From contig OZ249448.1 in NCBI GenBank assembly GCA_965235115.1, positions 20,522,001-20,586,000 on the forward strand: DNA of 64,000 bases, read 5' to 3'. Under the pieces are notes generated by a model. The model had not been told where the DNA came from and ran no database searches. It worked only from the letters and a program-made list of their open reading frames with translations. The position numbers and the translations under genes were made by a program. Shown piece by piece: positions 48,201-61,600 of this stretch. Positions within the stretch are counted from its first letter, which is position 1; each line of letters opens with the position of its first letter. Source of the stretch: Laetmonice hystrix (lineage: Eukaryota).

Positions 48201-49428
48201 GGTAAAACCAAAGAACCTGGACGATTCCTTGGATGAGTTAAGCACCCCAAAGCGCAACCTATATGCAGAGATCAAGGGAGCGTCATGGAACAAAACAAAT
48301 AGGAAAAGGTCGACATCTGAAACCGCGGCCAACGGGACGTTTGTAGAGTCAAGTCAGGAAATGGATCAGGGGGAGGCACAGCTACCAACAACGCCATCAT
48401 CCAAGAAGAAGAAGAATAAGAAGAAGAAGAAGGAAAACGAGTCCCTGAGAGAAGTGTCCACACCAAAGGCCAGCCTGTGTGCAGAGATAGAGGCAGTATG
48501 CACGGAGGGCGAGAAGCGGTCGTCGCCACTTTCTACAGGCAATGGTGTGGAGAAGGATCACACTGAGGAGAAACTGCCCACGACGCCACCCTCCAGAAAG
48601 AAGAACAAGAAGAAGAAGAACCAAACCGAGTGTCTGAGAGAAGTGTCCACACCAAAGGCCAGCCGGTGTGCAGAGATAGAGGCAGTATGCACGGAGGGCG
48701 AGAAGCGGTCGTCGCCACTTTCTACAGGCAATGGTGTGGAGAAGGATCACACTGAGGAGAAACTGCCCACGACGCCACCCTCCAGAAAGAAGAACAAGAA
48801 GAAGAAGAACCAAACCGAGTGTCTGAGAGAAGTGTCCACACCAAAGGCCAGCCGGTGTGCAGAGATAGAGGCAGTATGCGCGGAGGGCGAGAAGCAGTTG
48901 TCGCCACTTTCTACAGGCAATGGTGTGGAGAAAGACTCAGAGGAGGATCACACTGAGGAGACGACGCCACACTCCAAAAAGAAGAACAAGAAGAACCAGA
49001 ACAATTCACTCAGAGAATTGTCTACCCCAAAAATTGAAGCAGTTTCAACGGACAAAAAAGGCGACAGCAGTTCGAAAGTGGAACCCTCTGCTAACGAATC
49101 CTGGACGCTGTTAAAAACACCAACATCAAAGAAAAAAGAAAGCGGAGTTGAAGAAGTTAGTGGAAAAGATGTAACAGAAGTTAGGTCTGTCAGGAAAAGT
49201 GCCAGGAAATCTCGCCAGTCTACGGTCGGTACAGGGACGCCAGTGTTGAGGTCAGCGGTCACGGTGTCCGATCCAGATGGAGTGGGAGAAGGATTGGAGG
49301 GAACGTTTACCCCAGTCAAAATGAACGACAGACGCCGGTCAGTGAGAATCTCAATGAGATTGGACGTTTCTTCTCCAGCAAGGTTAACACCAAAACGCAG
49401 GAAGTCTGTAGCAAAATCAGAATTGTAA
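36201..49428 (+). CDS. MYBBP1A: Myb-binding protein 1A / Pol5-family nucleolar protein, multi-exon, with a long Lys-rich last exon
   Basis: EFLAFFWTLSEEQDGRRLSATKEMVEYL (human EFLDFFWDIAKPEQETRLAATEKLLEYL), DLDYALKRLLKGLASDR (EMKYALKRLITGL), acidic tract followed by SLRLSLKQALGKAA, DDETMFKLDNAISAAF, VLDLIKAIV/ELVMPLL; basic C-terminal exon ending TAA at 49426-49428. Confidence 0.93.
36747..37100. mobile_element. MITE with an 8-bp target-site duplication (hAT/MULE/P-type TSD length)
   Basis: CTGTAAAG at 36739-36746 and 37101-37108 flanks long inverted arms TTTCGGCCGCCTGCTGGTTCGGCCGCCCGTAT / ATACGGGCGGCCGAACTGGCAGGCGGCCGAAA. Confidence 0.85.
37166..37744 (-). repeat. Dispersed GC-rich element, copy B (MYBBP1A intron 1), internally expanded
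   Basis: Its reverse complement matches 33808-34040 at both ends (35-bp exact match at the outer end), with roughly 300-350 extra internal bases. Confidence 0.85.
45660..45806 (+). ncRNA. Candidate intronic box C/D RNA, SNORD97-like, with a predicted guide for tRNA-Met(elongator) C34
   Basis: Box C-like GCGATGA 45664-45670; box D CTGA 45799-45802; guide GTTATGAGAT 45789-45798 complementary to the elongator tRNA-Met anticodon arm GUCUCAUAAU; central foldback; sense-oriented within intron 45510-45832 of MYBBP1A. Confidence 0.6.
48439..49040 (+). repeat. Coding tandem repeat, 189-nt (63-aa) unit, about 3 copies plus degenerate flanking copies, in the MYBBP1A last exon
   Basis: GAG(T)..CTGAGAGAAGTGTCCACACCAAAGGCC recurs at 48439, 48628 and 48817; peptide LREVSTPKAS.CAEIEAVC.EGEK..SPLSTGNGVEKDHTEEKLPTTPPSRKKNKKKKNQ. 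Confidence 0.95.
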
Positions 49429-51246
49429 TCAGTTTATAATGTGAACAGCAATGTTCAAGAATAATCTAATTTTAGCGGTGTAAACTTCCATGGCGGGAAT
49501 GTCGTGTCAATGTTGGATTCAGGCCAAGGTATGTTAATACGTTTGTGTATCTGAGTGTATACCAAGTAGGTAAAGAATCGATAACAGGCGTGGGTGAAAT
49601 ATAGCTGAAAGTCAATAAATAATAGTAGACGAAGGAAGGATTTGGATTTGTTTTGTTTCCATGCTAGATGAAAATCGTTGAATATGATTGAACTTTGAAA
49701 AGGACAGGTCTTTCTATGGGTCGGGGAAAGTCGAGGGGTTTTGTCTTCCTGGATGAAGTTGGAATTTTGATCCTTCAAACGTGAGGTCCATTTTTATATC
49801 CATATAATATCGTGACAGATTATTGTTTATTATTTATATAATTTATATTTTTTTTTAGAAAATGTTGGCGACCGATACAGCATTAGGCAATTGGTAGACT
49901 GCCAGTACTAAAATTCGATGAGGGGTTCTGCTGAGAGTGATGGCATTGTCTATCGGGATAATGTGACTACATGTATTTGAATTATAAAAAGCTATCACGG
50001 CTGCAGTGCCAGACCGTGGGAGACGAAGTCGTATATTGGAATGAATGGTGCACTAATCTAATGGTTCTTGGCCCACTTAACGACCGCATAGCGTCTAGGC
50101 GCTATATATGGCAAAGGTCGTCGGTTATTGTGGCAGAACAATGTCTCTAAAAGAGACCAGCCTTGTCAGACGTCGCTATTCGTTACTTGATATAGTTTTT
50201 TCGCACATTTGCCTCCCCGCCAGTTGCAGTCGGCACATGGGAACGATGTGGAGGCGGGGAACTTGAGACGTTTTTTAACCCCTTATTAGAGGAGGGACTG
50301 TCCTAAAACATTAGAACTGGCATTTTTATTACGTCACGTACATAGAAATACACGTTGGCTTGATTTCATTGCCATCAGTTTTGATATGTCATCCCTTTAA
50401 CCTGAAATAGTCGGTACAAAGCTACATCAGCTACAGAGAAGCAGACGGGTTCTCGGGGTTCTGGTATAATTACCAGTTTTACAACGGGTGTTGGCATTAT
50501 TTCACCTTTACTGATAAAGTTGCATACACAATTAAAGTACTTTTAAAAGTAGGCCTAAGCCTGATTGTCGCCAAAGTCCGATAAAAGTTAACCATGTTTT
50601 TTTTTCTGGACACATGTATGGACGTGTAGGCCTGGTAGTAAGTGGAGACCTGAGAACAGTACCTCGCCGTATAGTTAGGGCTGAAGTCTCGGGTGTAGCA
50701 TGTATACCCTAGTATGGCCTCGTTTCAGTCAGAATCTGGCCTCGTTTTAGTCAGTCTCATATACCGCTTTCAGACTACAGCCGAGAATGCGCATTGATGC
50801 GCAGCTTTGCGTTGCATATAAAGTATAGCAAAGGGCGAATGACAAGAACGGATCTGGCGGACGAGGAGAGGGTCAACTGCCCTCTCATGGGTCATTCTTG
50901 GGGTTGGTAACTCGAACAAATCGCAGTGGATTTCAATGAAACTTTCCACATGGGTTCATAATCATAATGGCCAATATCTCGGGCAAGTTCGATTTTCCCA
51001 TAACATCTTAGGAAATGTTGAACCATGCTAGCAATGTCGAGGATAAGCCAGTTTAGCGTCAGTCCCGTGGCGGGCTTGTCTTTAAGGCACCGTATCCTGG
51101 GAAGGGGGGGGGGGCCTCTAAAATAAATTATAGACTTTTTTGGAAATATCTAACCTTTATTGGAGCCACACAAAGGGTGCTGATGCGATCGCAGACTTTG
51201 TAACCCCCCCCCCCTCAGGTCACTTGGGAGGATACGGCCCTGACGT

Positions 51247-51318
51247 GTGGTTACAGAATACACACCTGCTGTGGTTACAGAATACACACCTGCTGTGGTT
51301 ACAGAATACACACCTGCC
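51247..51318 (+). repeat. 24-bp tandem repeat, 3 copies
   Basis: GTGGTTACAGAATACACACCTGC(T/C) x3. Confidence 0.9.
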
Positions 51319-51744
51319 TACCGTTCTGATTTAATTGGAATCGTCCCGATCCTTACGTTTCCAGACCGCAAAAAACTAGGTAGGCTAGGCCTACGTTGCG
51401 ATTTTAGCGAAAAGAAGAAAGAAAGAAATTTATTAATTTCACGATCGACATTGCTCAAAACAGCGATTCCTATACATTTAAAATGCTCAAAGGGGACAAT
51501 ACTCGCATACTGGACCCCGCGGGGGGCTTCGACCTCCGGCCATGTAGAGTGTTCCTAGTTCTGAATTTCCAGTGTTGGCAGGTGTGAGAATATTATGGTC
51601 TATACCACAAAGGAGCAGGTGCATTTAACCGTTATTCCCCCATGGTAACTTGCCCACAAAATTTTGGGCAGGGGTTCGAGTTAAGGCCAGGGATAGGGGT
51701 AGGATGGGGACATGTTTTTGGGAGGTGTTTAGGGATAAGGTCAG

Positions 51745-52081
51745 CACTGGGGGATCCAAGGGGCCCGGCCCCCCACCCCCCTTAAATTTTCCTTTTCCCC
51801 GATTTTTTTTAAGAAGATGCATTATTCGGACCCTGAAACCAGTATTCCAACAAAATTCTTTTAAAAAAGCCTGCTATATTAAACGTGATAGTAACATCGG
51901 GCCCAAAGGGGCCTCCTCAGTCATCCAGGAGCAACATAACTCTGGGCCATTGCGCATTGAAATAGATCAAAGGGGGCCAAAATGGCTATAAGTGCAATAA
52001 AAAATGCCGAGCGTAGCGAGGCTAAAAAATTGTTCAGGTGGGCCCCCCCCCCCCCTTATCAAAATCCTGGATCCCCCACTG
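51745..52081. mobile_element. CAGTGGGGGATCC-ended non-autonomous element
   Basis: Left CACTGGGGGATCCAAG, right-end reverse complement CAGTGGGGGATCCAGG; direct repeat GGTCAG at 51739-51744 and 52082-52087. Related poly-C/AAAATCCTGGAT ends occur near 23415-23590 and 53930-54135. Confidence 0.65.
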
Positions 52082-52751
52082 GGTCAGGGCTCTGGAGGGT
52101 GTTTCAATAAGCGCGTCGGAGAGTCCGACTGGCAACGGACAATCCGTCGCTTGGTTGTAGGGCCTGCAATTTTTGATCTGTCGCCGATAGGACGGTCCGA
52201 CGCGCCTATTGAAAGACCCGTGTGGATCTTTACTTTCGACCAAATTTCGTGGAGTTTTAAGTTTTTACGGGTGGTGTACCCATTTAACACATAGTGGAAA
52301 ATGGAAGAAATAAATAAAACGTACCCAATTAATATTTACCGTTTAGAAAAAAATACCATCAACTATAACCCGAAGATATCCAACGGAATCGTAGGAATTA
52401 AATGAGTATATATCTGAAACGGAATGTTGACGATTTTGATGGGTGCTTGTTGACTGTTTACAAAGAACCAGATCTGTTAGCATTTGTAGGTGACCGCGAT
52501 ATCCATGTAACGAGTTGTAATGGGTATAGCCCCCATGGACCCTCCCATTGTCGTCTGAGGTGTGAACCCAACCATTAATCAGTTATCCCACCCTCCCTCC
52601 AGTCATGAACCGGTGAGGAGTGCAGGTCTGGCGTGAACGCTGCATGCTTGGTTCCCTCGACGGCATGCATGCCCGAACGGCTCCCTGAGGTCTGTTTTCC
52701 ATGTAGATCTACGCGGGGAAACGCGCGCGGAAATATCGATTCTTGTATTAA

Positions 52752-53482
52752 AGGTACATCGTACGTAACTTCGAAAATAAAACGCTTACCTGTCACCCAT
52801 ATATCAACCTATTGATATGTGAAGACACACTGTTGCTGCACTACTGCAGTATGATGATCTTTGTTAATTAACTAAGATTCGGGCCGAAGCTATAACATGA
52901 TAATAGCAAAAGTTTGAATTTGGCTCCGCTCTCCGAAAGGGGCGCTGCAAATGACGTCCAACAACATCCCATAATACATTGTATAGTCTCTGTGGCCCCC
53001 AGGTCCTGGGGAACCTCATGCTAATTTCTGGTATCGCTCCACCATATTTGATCATCATCATACGCTCGCTTTGTAAATATGCCTCCGAGGAAACGGACTT
53101 TAAAACAGAATCAGCTAAAAAAGCTGAGAAAGAAGGAGTTGGACAGAAGCCGTGACAGTGCTCGTGTCGGCACTGAAATGGATCAGTGTATGGCCCTGAA
53201 AACCCACGCTCCGATCAGCGTCACCTTAGAGGCGCTGAAAATCAGCGTGGGAAAAACGAGTCTGGGTGCTCGACAGGCGCGCATCAGGGAATTCCTCTGT
53301 TACACAGTTATCCAAAATGGCCAAGCGGTTCGAAGATATAGAGCGTTATAGATTGCAACGGAGTCAGCTGAACGTTCTCACATAATTTATTTGAGTTTTA
53401 CATATGACACTAAGCTGATTTATATGGCAGGGGGTCGACATTACAGGTTTTAAAAAACGTTGTAGCTTTACCTCTTGTACCT
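52752..53482 (+). mobile_element. Possible Kolobok-like non-autonomous element carrying a decayed ORF
   Basis: TTAA|AGGTACA at 52748-52758 and TGTACCT|TTT at 53476-53485; internal ORF MPPRKR...KKELDRSRDSARVG resembles basic N-termini I associate with such elements (weak, from memory). Confidence 0.35.
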
Positions 53483-54529
53483 TTTCCATGTAAGCAGAAA
53501 TGTAGGAATGTATAGAAATGTATAGGAATGTATAGAAATGTATAGGAATGTTTGGGGGGATTGACCGACGATCCGCAGTCGGCCGATGGGTTAGGCGCGA
53601 TATAGGTTAGGTGTCGGCGCTATTGATCTGACACATCGGTGGATACTTTTTGCGACAAGGAGAGAGAGTTGTTAGCCTTAAGAAATAGGTGACCTTGCCT
53701 ATTTTTAAGAAAGCATATTCCAAAAACCCAATAATCAACCATTAACCGCAATAATATTGTATAGGGTATACAAATTTAGTCTAGTCTCCAGTGAAAGGAA
53801 CCTACTGACATCTGAGCAGGTATAATGGACTTGCTCGTCGCCTTGTTGAGAGCATAGACCATGTTATTATAGGTTGGCATAAGTCTCTACAAACTTAAGG
53901 GTTTAAACTTTCTTTGTCAACGCCTGGGTGGAGGCGTAGCGTACTTCGGCCTCAGCTTTGGGGGTTTACCCCCCCCCCCCCCCTCCAGCTCACTCCATGG
54001 ATATCATTTTGCAATGTGTCTATACGGCGCACCTAAGAGGTTTTATGCATACATCAACCCCCCCCCCCTCCTGTTGCAAAATCCTGGATGTATTCCCCCC
54101 CCCCCCAGTTGCAAAATCCTGGATGCACCCCTGCACCTTATGTATAGCCAGTCTCCGGTACCGTGGTTGACTCGATCACTCCCTGAGTTTTAAAAGATGC
54201 CTTGTTCAAAACTCCGACTGCGCGAATTCATGAACACTATATGCAATCCCCTGAATGGAAGCTGCACGAATCCTGCACCAAAATAACTTAATAATTATGG
54301 AGAATCCCCTGGTACAACGGGCCAATAGAAGCAGGGAGAATTATTAAGGGGTGGGGAGAAATAAAAACATGAAAACATACGCTAAACCCTATTTTTAGCA
54401 TAATCGGAAGCAGTCGGTCTATCTGATAGGGCCTACTTTCTGATATACTTTCCAAGTTTTTCTTTAATATTTTTGCTCTGCTTTCCATGCCTCAAACCCA
54501 TCTGCTCATGTGACAGGACCTGGCGCATC

Positions 54530-55230
54530 AGGCATTGACCAACGGGTTGCCCATCGGCTGATGGGCAACCACTCGGCGCTACCTCGACAGATGGCAGATC
54601 ATGTCTCGGCCGTAATGGTCAGGTCGCCATTTTTGAAAGTAGTCACCCAACAAAACAAACCCATGCGCTTTCCACAGCTGCCATCTTGGCCTTTGTCGCT
54701 ATAAAAAAAATTCTAGTGGGTGTGAACTCACGGAAGGGACGGTGATCAGAGTTATGTGAAATAACGTCCTCCTTAATTTGTATCTCGCCTATAGACTGCC
54801 TCACCAGTTTCCGAGCGCTTCCCGGCCCGTGTCGCCGCTGTCGGTAGCTGTGACTGAGTCTGAGTCAGCGAGTGTTGGTGGCCGACGATGGGACGAATGG
54901 AGGCATAAGCCATTTCTGAGTTGAGCATGTTTCTCTCTGTTTTGGTTTAACTGCCGCGACTTTCCTTTGGTTATCGGACAGTTTTCAAGTGCATAATGCA
55001 AACACTCATCAACCGCTGCCACTACGCTGTAGGGATTACTTGGTCAGCGCGCATTGTGCCCCCTGCCTGCTTACTCAGTATTCATTCGCGCCGCATCACA
55101 AAGTCACACATATCTGTCCATTACACCCGAGGTGAAAATCCGACCCTATATACCGGAAGATGGCGGACTTTCCCGAGGGTTCCCGAATGATGGGCATGCA
55201 ACCCGTTGGTCGATCGACCGATGGGTCATG
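54530..55230. repeat. Degenerate inverted-repeat element with a perfect 11-bp hairpin
   Basis: GGTTGCCCATC-GGCT-GATGGGCAACC at 54545-54570; GACCAACGGGTTGC (54537-54550) recurs inverted near 55198-55211. Confidence 0.45.
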
Positions 55231-58200
55231 GCGCGTAACGTATAGTTCTATCAGTTAGGCCTATAAGGCCTACCGATAATAAGGCTTGCTGCATGTTGGT
55301 GTAGGCCTGTACAGCTTAGGTTTAGAGATCTGGGAATCGCTGCTACATGTGTGTATCCGAGTATCCATTCATGAAAATCTGCGTCTAAATATAACCCCAG
55401 TACCTATTTTGGCCTAGGTAGGCCTACTTGAGTTATTATGTGTCCTCGTAAACCATTTTTGATTTGCTTGTTATTGTTTGTTTTCCCCTTAGAAAATGAC
55501 TAGAATGTCATATTTCGCGAGAATCATTCAGGTGGATCCAGAATGCAGTGTTGCGCCTATTTTTGCAACCCCCAGTCAGCGTGTTCACATACGTTATATC
55601 TGATTATAGGCTGTACGAATGATGGAATACATTTTTACTCAGGCCTAACTCAAGCGTGACCGCATGTTGTTGGTTTATGTAAGCATATTTACATAAACTT
55701 ATTTACTTATTTATGTAAGCATGTTTACACAAACCAACAGCATGTCAGGCAGTCGGTGATGTAGCCATGCATGCAGAAACCATGCAGCAACAAAGAAACT
55801 CCTATTATGTCACGATCCACGATTGGCCTTACTTTATCATTCCCTCAAAAATTCTGTAGGAGTCGGTGTCTCTATGCCTCAAAATGATTTCCTACAGCCC
55901 AAATCGACCTTTTATATGCAGTGTCACCACGCTTTTCCGTTCAGACCCGGTTCATTGGCTGAATTCCACGGAAATCAAAGTCCGGTTCCGCGCCATTCCT
56001 GCAGACAAACAAAATGCGCATGCATGACTGGCTGTTTGCCGTGTGTCGGTGAACAATATTACTCCGCGGCCTTGGATATCATTATGGATCTTTCATCTTC
56101 TCGGTCACGTGGCAGTTTGCTCTACAGGGATCTATCAAGAAAAGGTCACAGACGTCAATATCGAGTGTTTGGTGCTCGGCTCGTCCTTGCCGGCCAAATG
56201 AAGTTCGCAAGGCGCCGCCATGGTTGCTATGGTGGTGCGCTGTCTTGGCAGCGGCTTAGGCGCGCGTCGCACTCGTGATCCTTGGGGTGCCGACAGAAGT
56301 ATGCAGTGTTTCGTTGTTGTTTTTTTCGGTTTGCTTTGTTTGTTTTTTTTGGGCGAGGGAGTGCATGATGCATGGTTACATTTGTTTTCCTGTAACATTA
56401 GGGATTCCGGGTGAATCTTCAATAGGCCGACTAAAGCCAAGTTGCCTCAGAAGTGGGCAATCACTCAACAGGATCTTTTTGGGGAAAATGAGAATAGAGT
56501 CTACATTTTGTAGGGCCTACATGGGTGGGGAACAGGAGCCAAGCTCGGGAACTGTTGACTAGCCTTAACTTGAGGGGGAAAAAATGCATGTCCGACTCGT
56601 GGAATGTGTCCATCACCCGTGTTCTGAATCATACATGACACAGGCCTAGATAACACATGCCAGTGGGTTTGCATGAAATGCTTATCAAGACTTTTGTAAG
56701 CCAGGATATCAACATCACTTTTCTGGTCTGACATATAAGGCATTCTGAATCATGGTTATGTGGCATGAATGCCTGGATTCTGACCTCAACCTGACGCTGC
56801 ATGTCAAACCACAGCATCGGTAGATCCGTACACTTAAGTTTCCTGTGGCTCTCTAGGGGTGTGGGCAGAACTCAGATGGCGGGGGGGGGGGGGGGGGGGG
56901 TGTTCTCAACCGTAATATTAGAAATTCATTTAGATCTATTTAGTTATTTAATTAGTTATTAATTATCTTTTTGGGGGACGGGGGTGGGGGGTTTCCGGGC
57001 AACTCGGAAACCCCCTGGCTACACCCTTGCTCTCCGTCCAAATAACGCTTTTGTGTTGGGCCTAGCTGAGTTCACAATAAGGCACCGAAAAGCGTTTTAT
57101 AAAAATCCATTATGTTTAGTTAGAGAGGGGTAGCCTATAATGACCTGCGGTGGGGGTTAAGGGTCTATACATTGTAGAAGATTGGGGCATACGGCCATGG
57201 TCAGGGATAAGCAGGCCTAAAGTAAAAACCAGCTTAGAAGAGGTTGGGGATAAGCAGGCCTAAAGTAAAAATCAGCTAAGAAGTTGGGATTAGTGATGTT
57301 CTATTGTTTCATTAAAGAATTGGAGTTGCTATGTCAACAAAAAAGTAGTAAATCCGATACCCCCTCTGGACTTCAACTGATTGTATAGCGAGCCGACCTA
57401 ATCTAAGGGACATGACTAATACTCGTTACGGGCTGGAGGTGGTTATGGAGGAGGGTTCACATCGACATCACGTGACTGAGCACTGCCAATCGTATGATTC
57501 TCTTCAAACAGAACCCAGCTTCCTCTCCCATATTTCCTTCATTAAAAGAGGAACTGAGTGTGGTGTATTATATTAAATACTTGGAGTCTCATTCATCATT
57601 GTCCTTCAGAAAATAACCGCTGTATCTGTGTCTGACCTCTCTGTTCACTATGTAGGCCCCCTAGTGTTATCAGTTAGAGCAGTTGGCATTATCTATGGAG
57701 GTTACGTCAATGTTATTCTATTTCCTTCCAGTACCCACGATCCTGTATCTTTAAAAAAAGAAATAACAGATTCTGAAAGCCTGTGCACTACCTAATATAC
57801 AATCTGTGTATAGGCAGTCTATAGGCCTATACGACTTCTTGAGATTCTCTGCTTACACGTAAGCCTAGTGTAAAACCTGAAACCGCCAACGTAGCTTTTT
57901 CCATTCGATATCCGATCCCGATATAATGACTAATGATTAATATAACAATAGCAAAAATGAATAGGCCTAATCAGTTACATTTATAAATATTTATTATGCT
58001 ATATTCATATAGGGGCCTAGATAAACAAGAGAGAAAACGCACAGGAAGCTGCTTATCTGGCCTCCGAATCGGATTCTAGCACACAGACCTAAATCTTCTA
58101 ATCTGTCGTCATGAATATGTGATCACAACGTTGTTTTAAAAGCTGTCGAAAGAGAACATTTCCTGGAAGTGCTACATCATCGGATTTATCGGATACTAAG

Positions 58201-58665
58201 CCGGTAAAAAATTAAACCGCGATCCTGTGTGTTGTAGGCTATAAGCTACTTAATGTGTGAACGCTTACGTCAAGGGATCTAGTCATGAAGTGACCTCAGA
58301 ACAAGAGGCTTGTCTGTAAACCGTTGATACATAGGGCCTATATAGGCCTAACAGATCTACGGTTGACGTGCAGTCGGTGCGTGTGGACGGTCCTAACGTC
58401 AGCTGAACCAAGCGTCGCGCGTGATTAAAACGTCCGACCAATCACAGATAACATCGGACGCCGTCACCAAACCCGTGCTGAAAACCTTCTGGTGGAAAAA
58501 CAGACTGCCCAGGCACTTCTCTCTTAGAACAATCCATCAGCGCTGACTTCCAGATACGTTCTCTTGGAGAAAACTTTGCAAAGACGTAACTCAGCACCAG
58601 GCTTGAATCGGATTCGTTTATTTTTGCTTTAAAAAACACCGTCGACACCGCTGAATCGGTACCCG

Positions 58666-61600
58666 ATGAAAATGAAAGCCATTTATATTTTGCTAACATG
58701 TTTTTTGGAAACGACATTCGCCGCTTCAGGTTCAGGTAAGTGTAGGCCTACGCCTACTTTACGCTTTTCGTTTGCCTACGTTTTCGCTTGAAAATGTGTC
58801 CGAGAAAAAGAGTCAGAATTTATAGAGACACTATACTTTCATAGACCTATGCTAAAACACCTGTGTTTGTTATGCGCCGTGCTTTTGTTTTGCTTCCAAA
58901 GTTGAGAAAAGTTCATTGTGTTGTTATTAGGCCCAAGATAAAGCAAGGATCGAGTGCGTCATTATTTTTTCAACAAGCAAACAACTTTGAAGTTCATTCA
59001 TAAAGCAAGTTAGGCGATCGGCTGTTGTGGCATAGGCCTATTGCATTTTAATTGGCGAAAATTTGAATGTGAACGTTCCCCCTATTTCCACTAGAAGTAG
59101 GGGGCCTGGACACTTTATTTAAAGGGAACCGAACTACTTCCAGTCACATGATTCGATGGAGTCATGTGGCCGATTTAGTTAAAATGGCGGAGGCATAACA
59201 CCAGCACCTGTTTTGTTTCTGGACAGCGCCAAACTCCGTCGTGACTGTATAGGCCTATTTTGTTGCTTGAAATTGTTGAAACTTGGTAGGATAATAATAG
59301 CCTAAATGTTTGAACTAAAATAGGCCTAGTCTGTAAATGTCGCAACATACAGGCCTAGGCCTATAATGGTTTAAAAGCCCGAGCCTGCAGCAAGACTGGT
59401 GGAGGGTACTCCACTATTCTTGCCTGCAGCTCAGTAGGCCTATGGACAAATTGCTGAGGGCAACGATGAACATCTTCCGGGGATTCGCGGATTTCAACTT
59501 TTTTGAGATTGAAATTTGTGTTGAAATCTCTCTCTCCCTATCGATAGGCTACTAAGTCGAGAGTTCACACATGCCATCAACCAGATAGCTAATAGTCAGT
59601 ACAAAATTCCCCGATTCTAAAAAATGGCGATGATTTCTTCAGACCGTTTCAGTAACGCCGTCACCGCCACCGTCATAAACGTGAAATTCCTCGCTGGCAT
59701 CTGAACAATGCTAGTATGGTGGACAACTTCCGGCCCTTGCAGACTCTCAACGGCCGGAATGGTGGACGGAGCTTAAACAAACTCCGAGGGACAAAACCCT
59801 GAAATTGTACACCCGTGAAATTTAATAATATTACAGCTTTGTTAGGATATTCCTTGCACTGAACGAGCTTGATTAATCATTTCAAGAATCGTGTAGGCCT
59901 ACAAGAGTGAAAGTTCTGTAAGTAGGATTTTGACCACATTTGGCGACGGTGGGAAGTCCCATCTACAACAAAAAATAAGCACTGGTGTACCTCAGGGCTC
60001 GATATTCGGTAGGCTATAGGCCTAACTTTTATGGGTTCCGCTATGCAAGTGTAGGGTAAGGTCGGGTAATATGGGCATAGCGGGTAATGTGAGCACCCCG
60101 CATATTTCATAATCTATATGCAGAATTGGTGCTGCCACCTTGCGTTACACTGTAGTTCGGTTTATGACGTTGATGACGCGCGTCTTTGATTTTCAAGGTT
60201 GTTAAGATCATTAAGGTGTCATGAGTTGCTTTGCCTCTTTTTTGTTCGTTTCCTTAAGATTCTTCTATGAACATGATGCCTTCTAGAATCTGAAGAAATT
60301 GGAGTAGCCTATGGTGCTCATTTGAGTTTTGAGAGGTTGTAAACCTTCCGAAGAAAGAGCAGCGATGACGATAATAGGGGAATAGGCCTACAGATGGCGT
60401 ATAATTTGATGCCGGCGAAGAATTTGGCGCGCTATCCCGCTGGGTAATATGGGTCCCCACCAAGAAATCCAATATGAGCACGGTGCCCATATTACCCTAA
60501 GTAACAATACAGGGTGCCCATATTATCCGCGCTGAATTTATGGCACTTAGGGCCTATAGTAGCCTAATGATGCAGTACGTGTCATTCCATGATCTAATTA
60601 AATGTCCAAGGACAATGTCTCAACCCAAAGCAATGACCAAAAAGCGAAAGATCGGTCATGCTACCACCTTCATAAACAGGAAGTCGAGGCAATGAAAAAA
60701 AGATCAAGTTCCAAAGCAAACTCTGGGACGGTTTGTAGGAAAAAGAGGCCCATAGGCCTATCTACCGATGGAATTAAGTAGGATGCATCCAACAAAAACA
60801 AGAAAAACCAAACCAAGTGGGGAAGAGCCCAAAGCTACTGACAAGAAAGGGGGGAAATAACGAAGACTGGGAAGAGAAAAAAATACAAAGATTGAAGAAT
60901 ATGATGATAAAGAAGGTCCGTATTGCGGAAATACCTTCTGAATATGATGATAAAGAAGGTCCGTATTGCGGAAATACCTTCTCTACAACGAAGACAGAGT
61001 TTTGGACAGTTTTGGATAGGCCGAGATTTACAGTGTCAATATTGCAAAGCATTCATGCACGGTGAATGTTCCGGAGTCGGAAAAGATCAATTTTCCTTTC
61101 AATGTGACTTGTGTTTTAAAAAAGTTTTGATCATAACCGTTGCAGATGTGTCCGCGGGAGAACATGTACAAGTTTTTTCCGCCGCACAGTCTTGTACTAA
61201 TCCGCTAACAGGATTGTGGACCCATTTCTCTTTCCTTAAGGTCCACAATCCGTCTACAACCGTCTATACAATAGACGGTCCGTCCTGGGGAGTAGGAACA
61301 TTGGTAGCATTTAGTCGTGAGAACTTTCGTTGTTGCGATAAAAGTAAGACAGATTATAAAATTTAGTAGGCCTACAGTTGTGGTTGCGTCAACATACCAT
61401 CCCCGTTTACATTTACCTGTCAGTCCGGACCTAAAGTGGACCGGTCCGATACCCCCAGAAGGAGGTGATCTCGGTGCGGACCGAGGACGGTACCCCGCCC
61501 ATAAGTGGCAGTGTAAACGTGTCACACAGGGTACCGGGCCCAGTCCACTTGTCTGAGACGGTACTGCACATGCGCGCAATTCGGTCCAGTCCGAGCACGG

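Noticed and set aside
48272-49319. Several repeated minus-strand ORFs
   Set aside because: Antisense shadows of the 189-nt coding repeat.
49500-58600. Numerous 60-150 aa ORFs in the supplied track
   Set aside because: No splice-supported exon chains or recognisable domains; they overlap repeats and low-complexity DNA.
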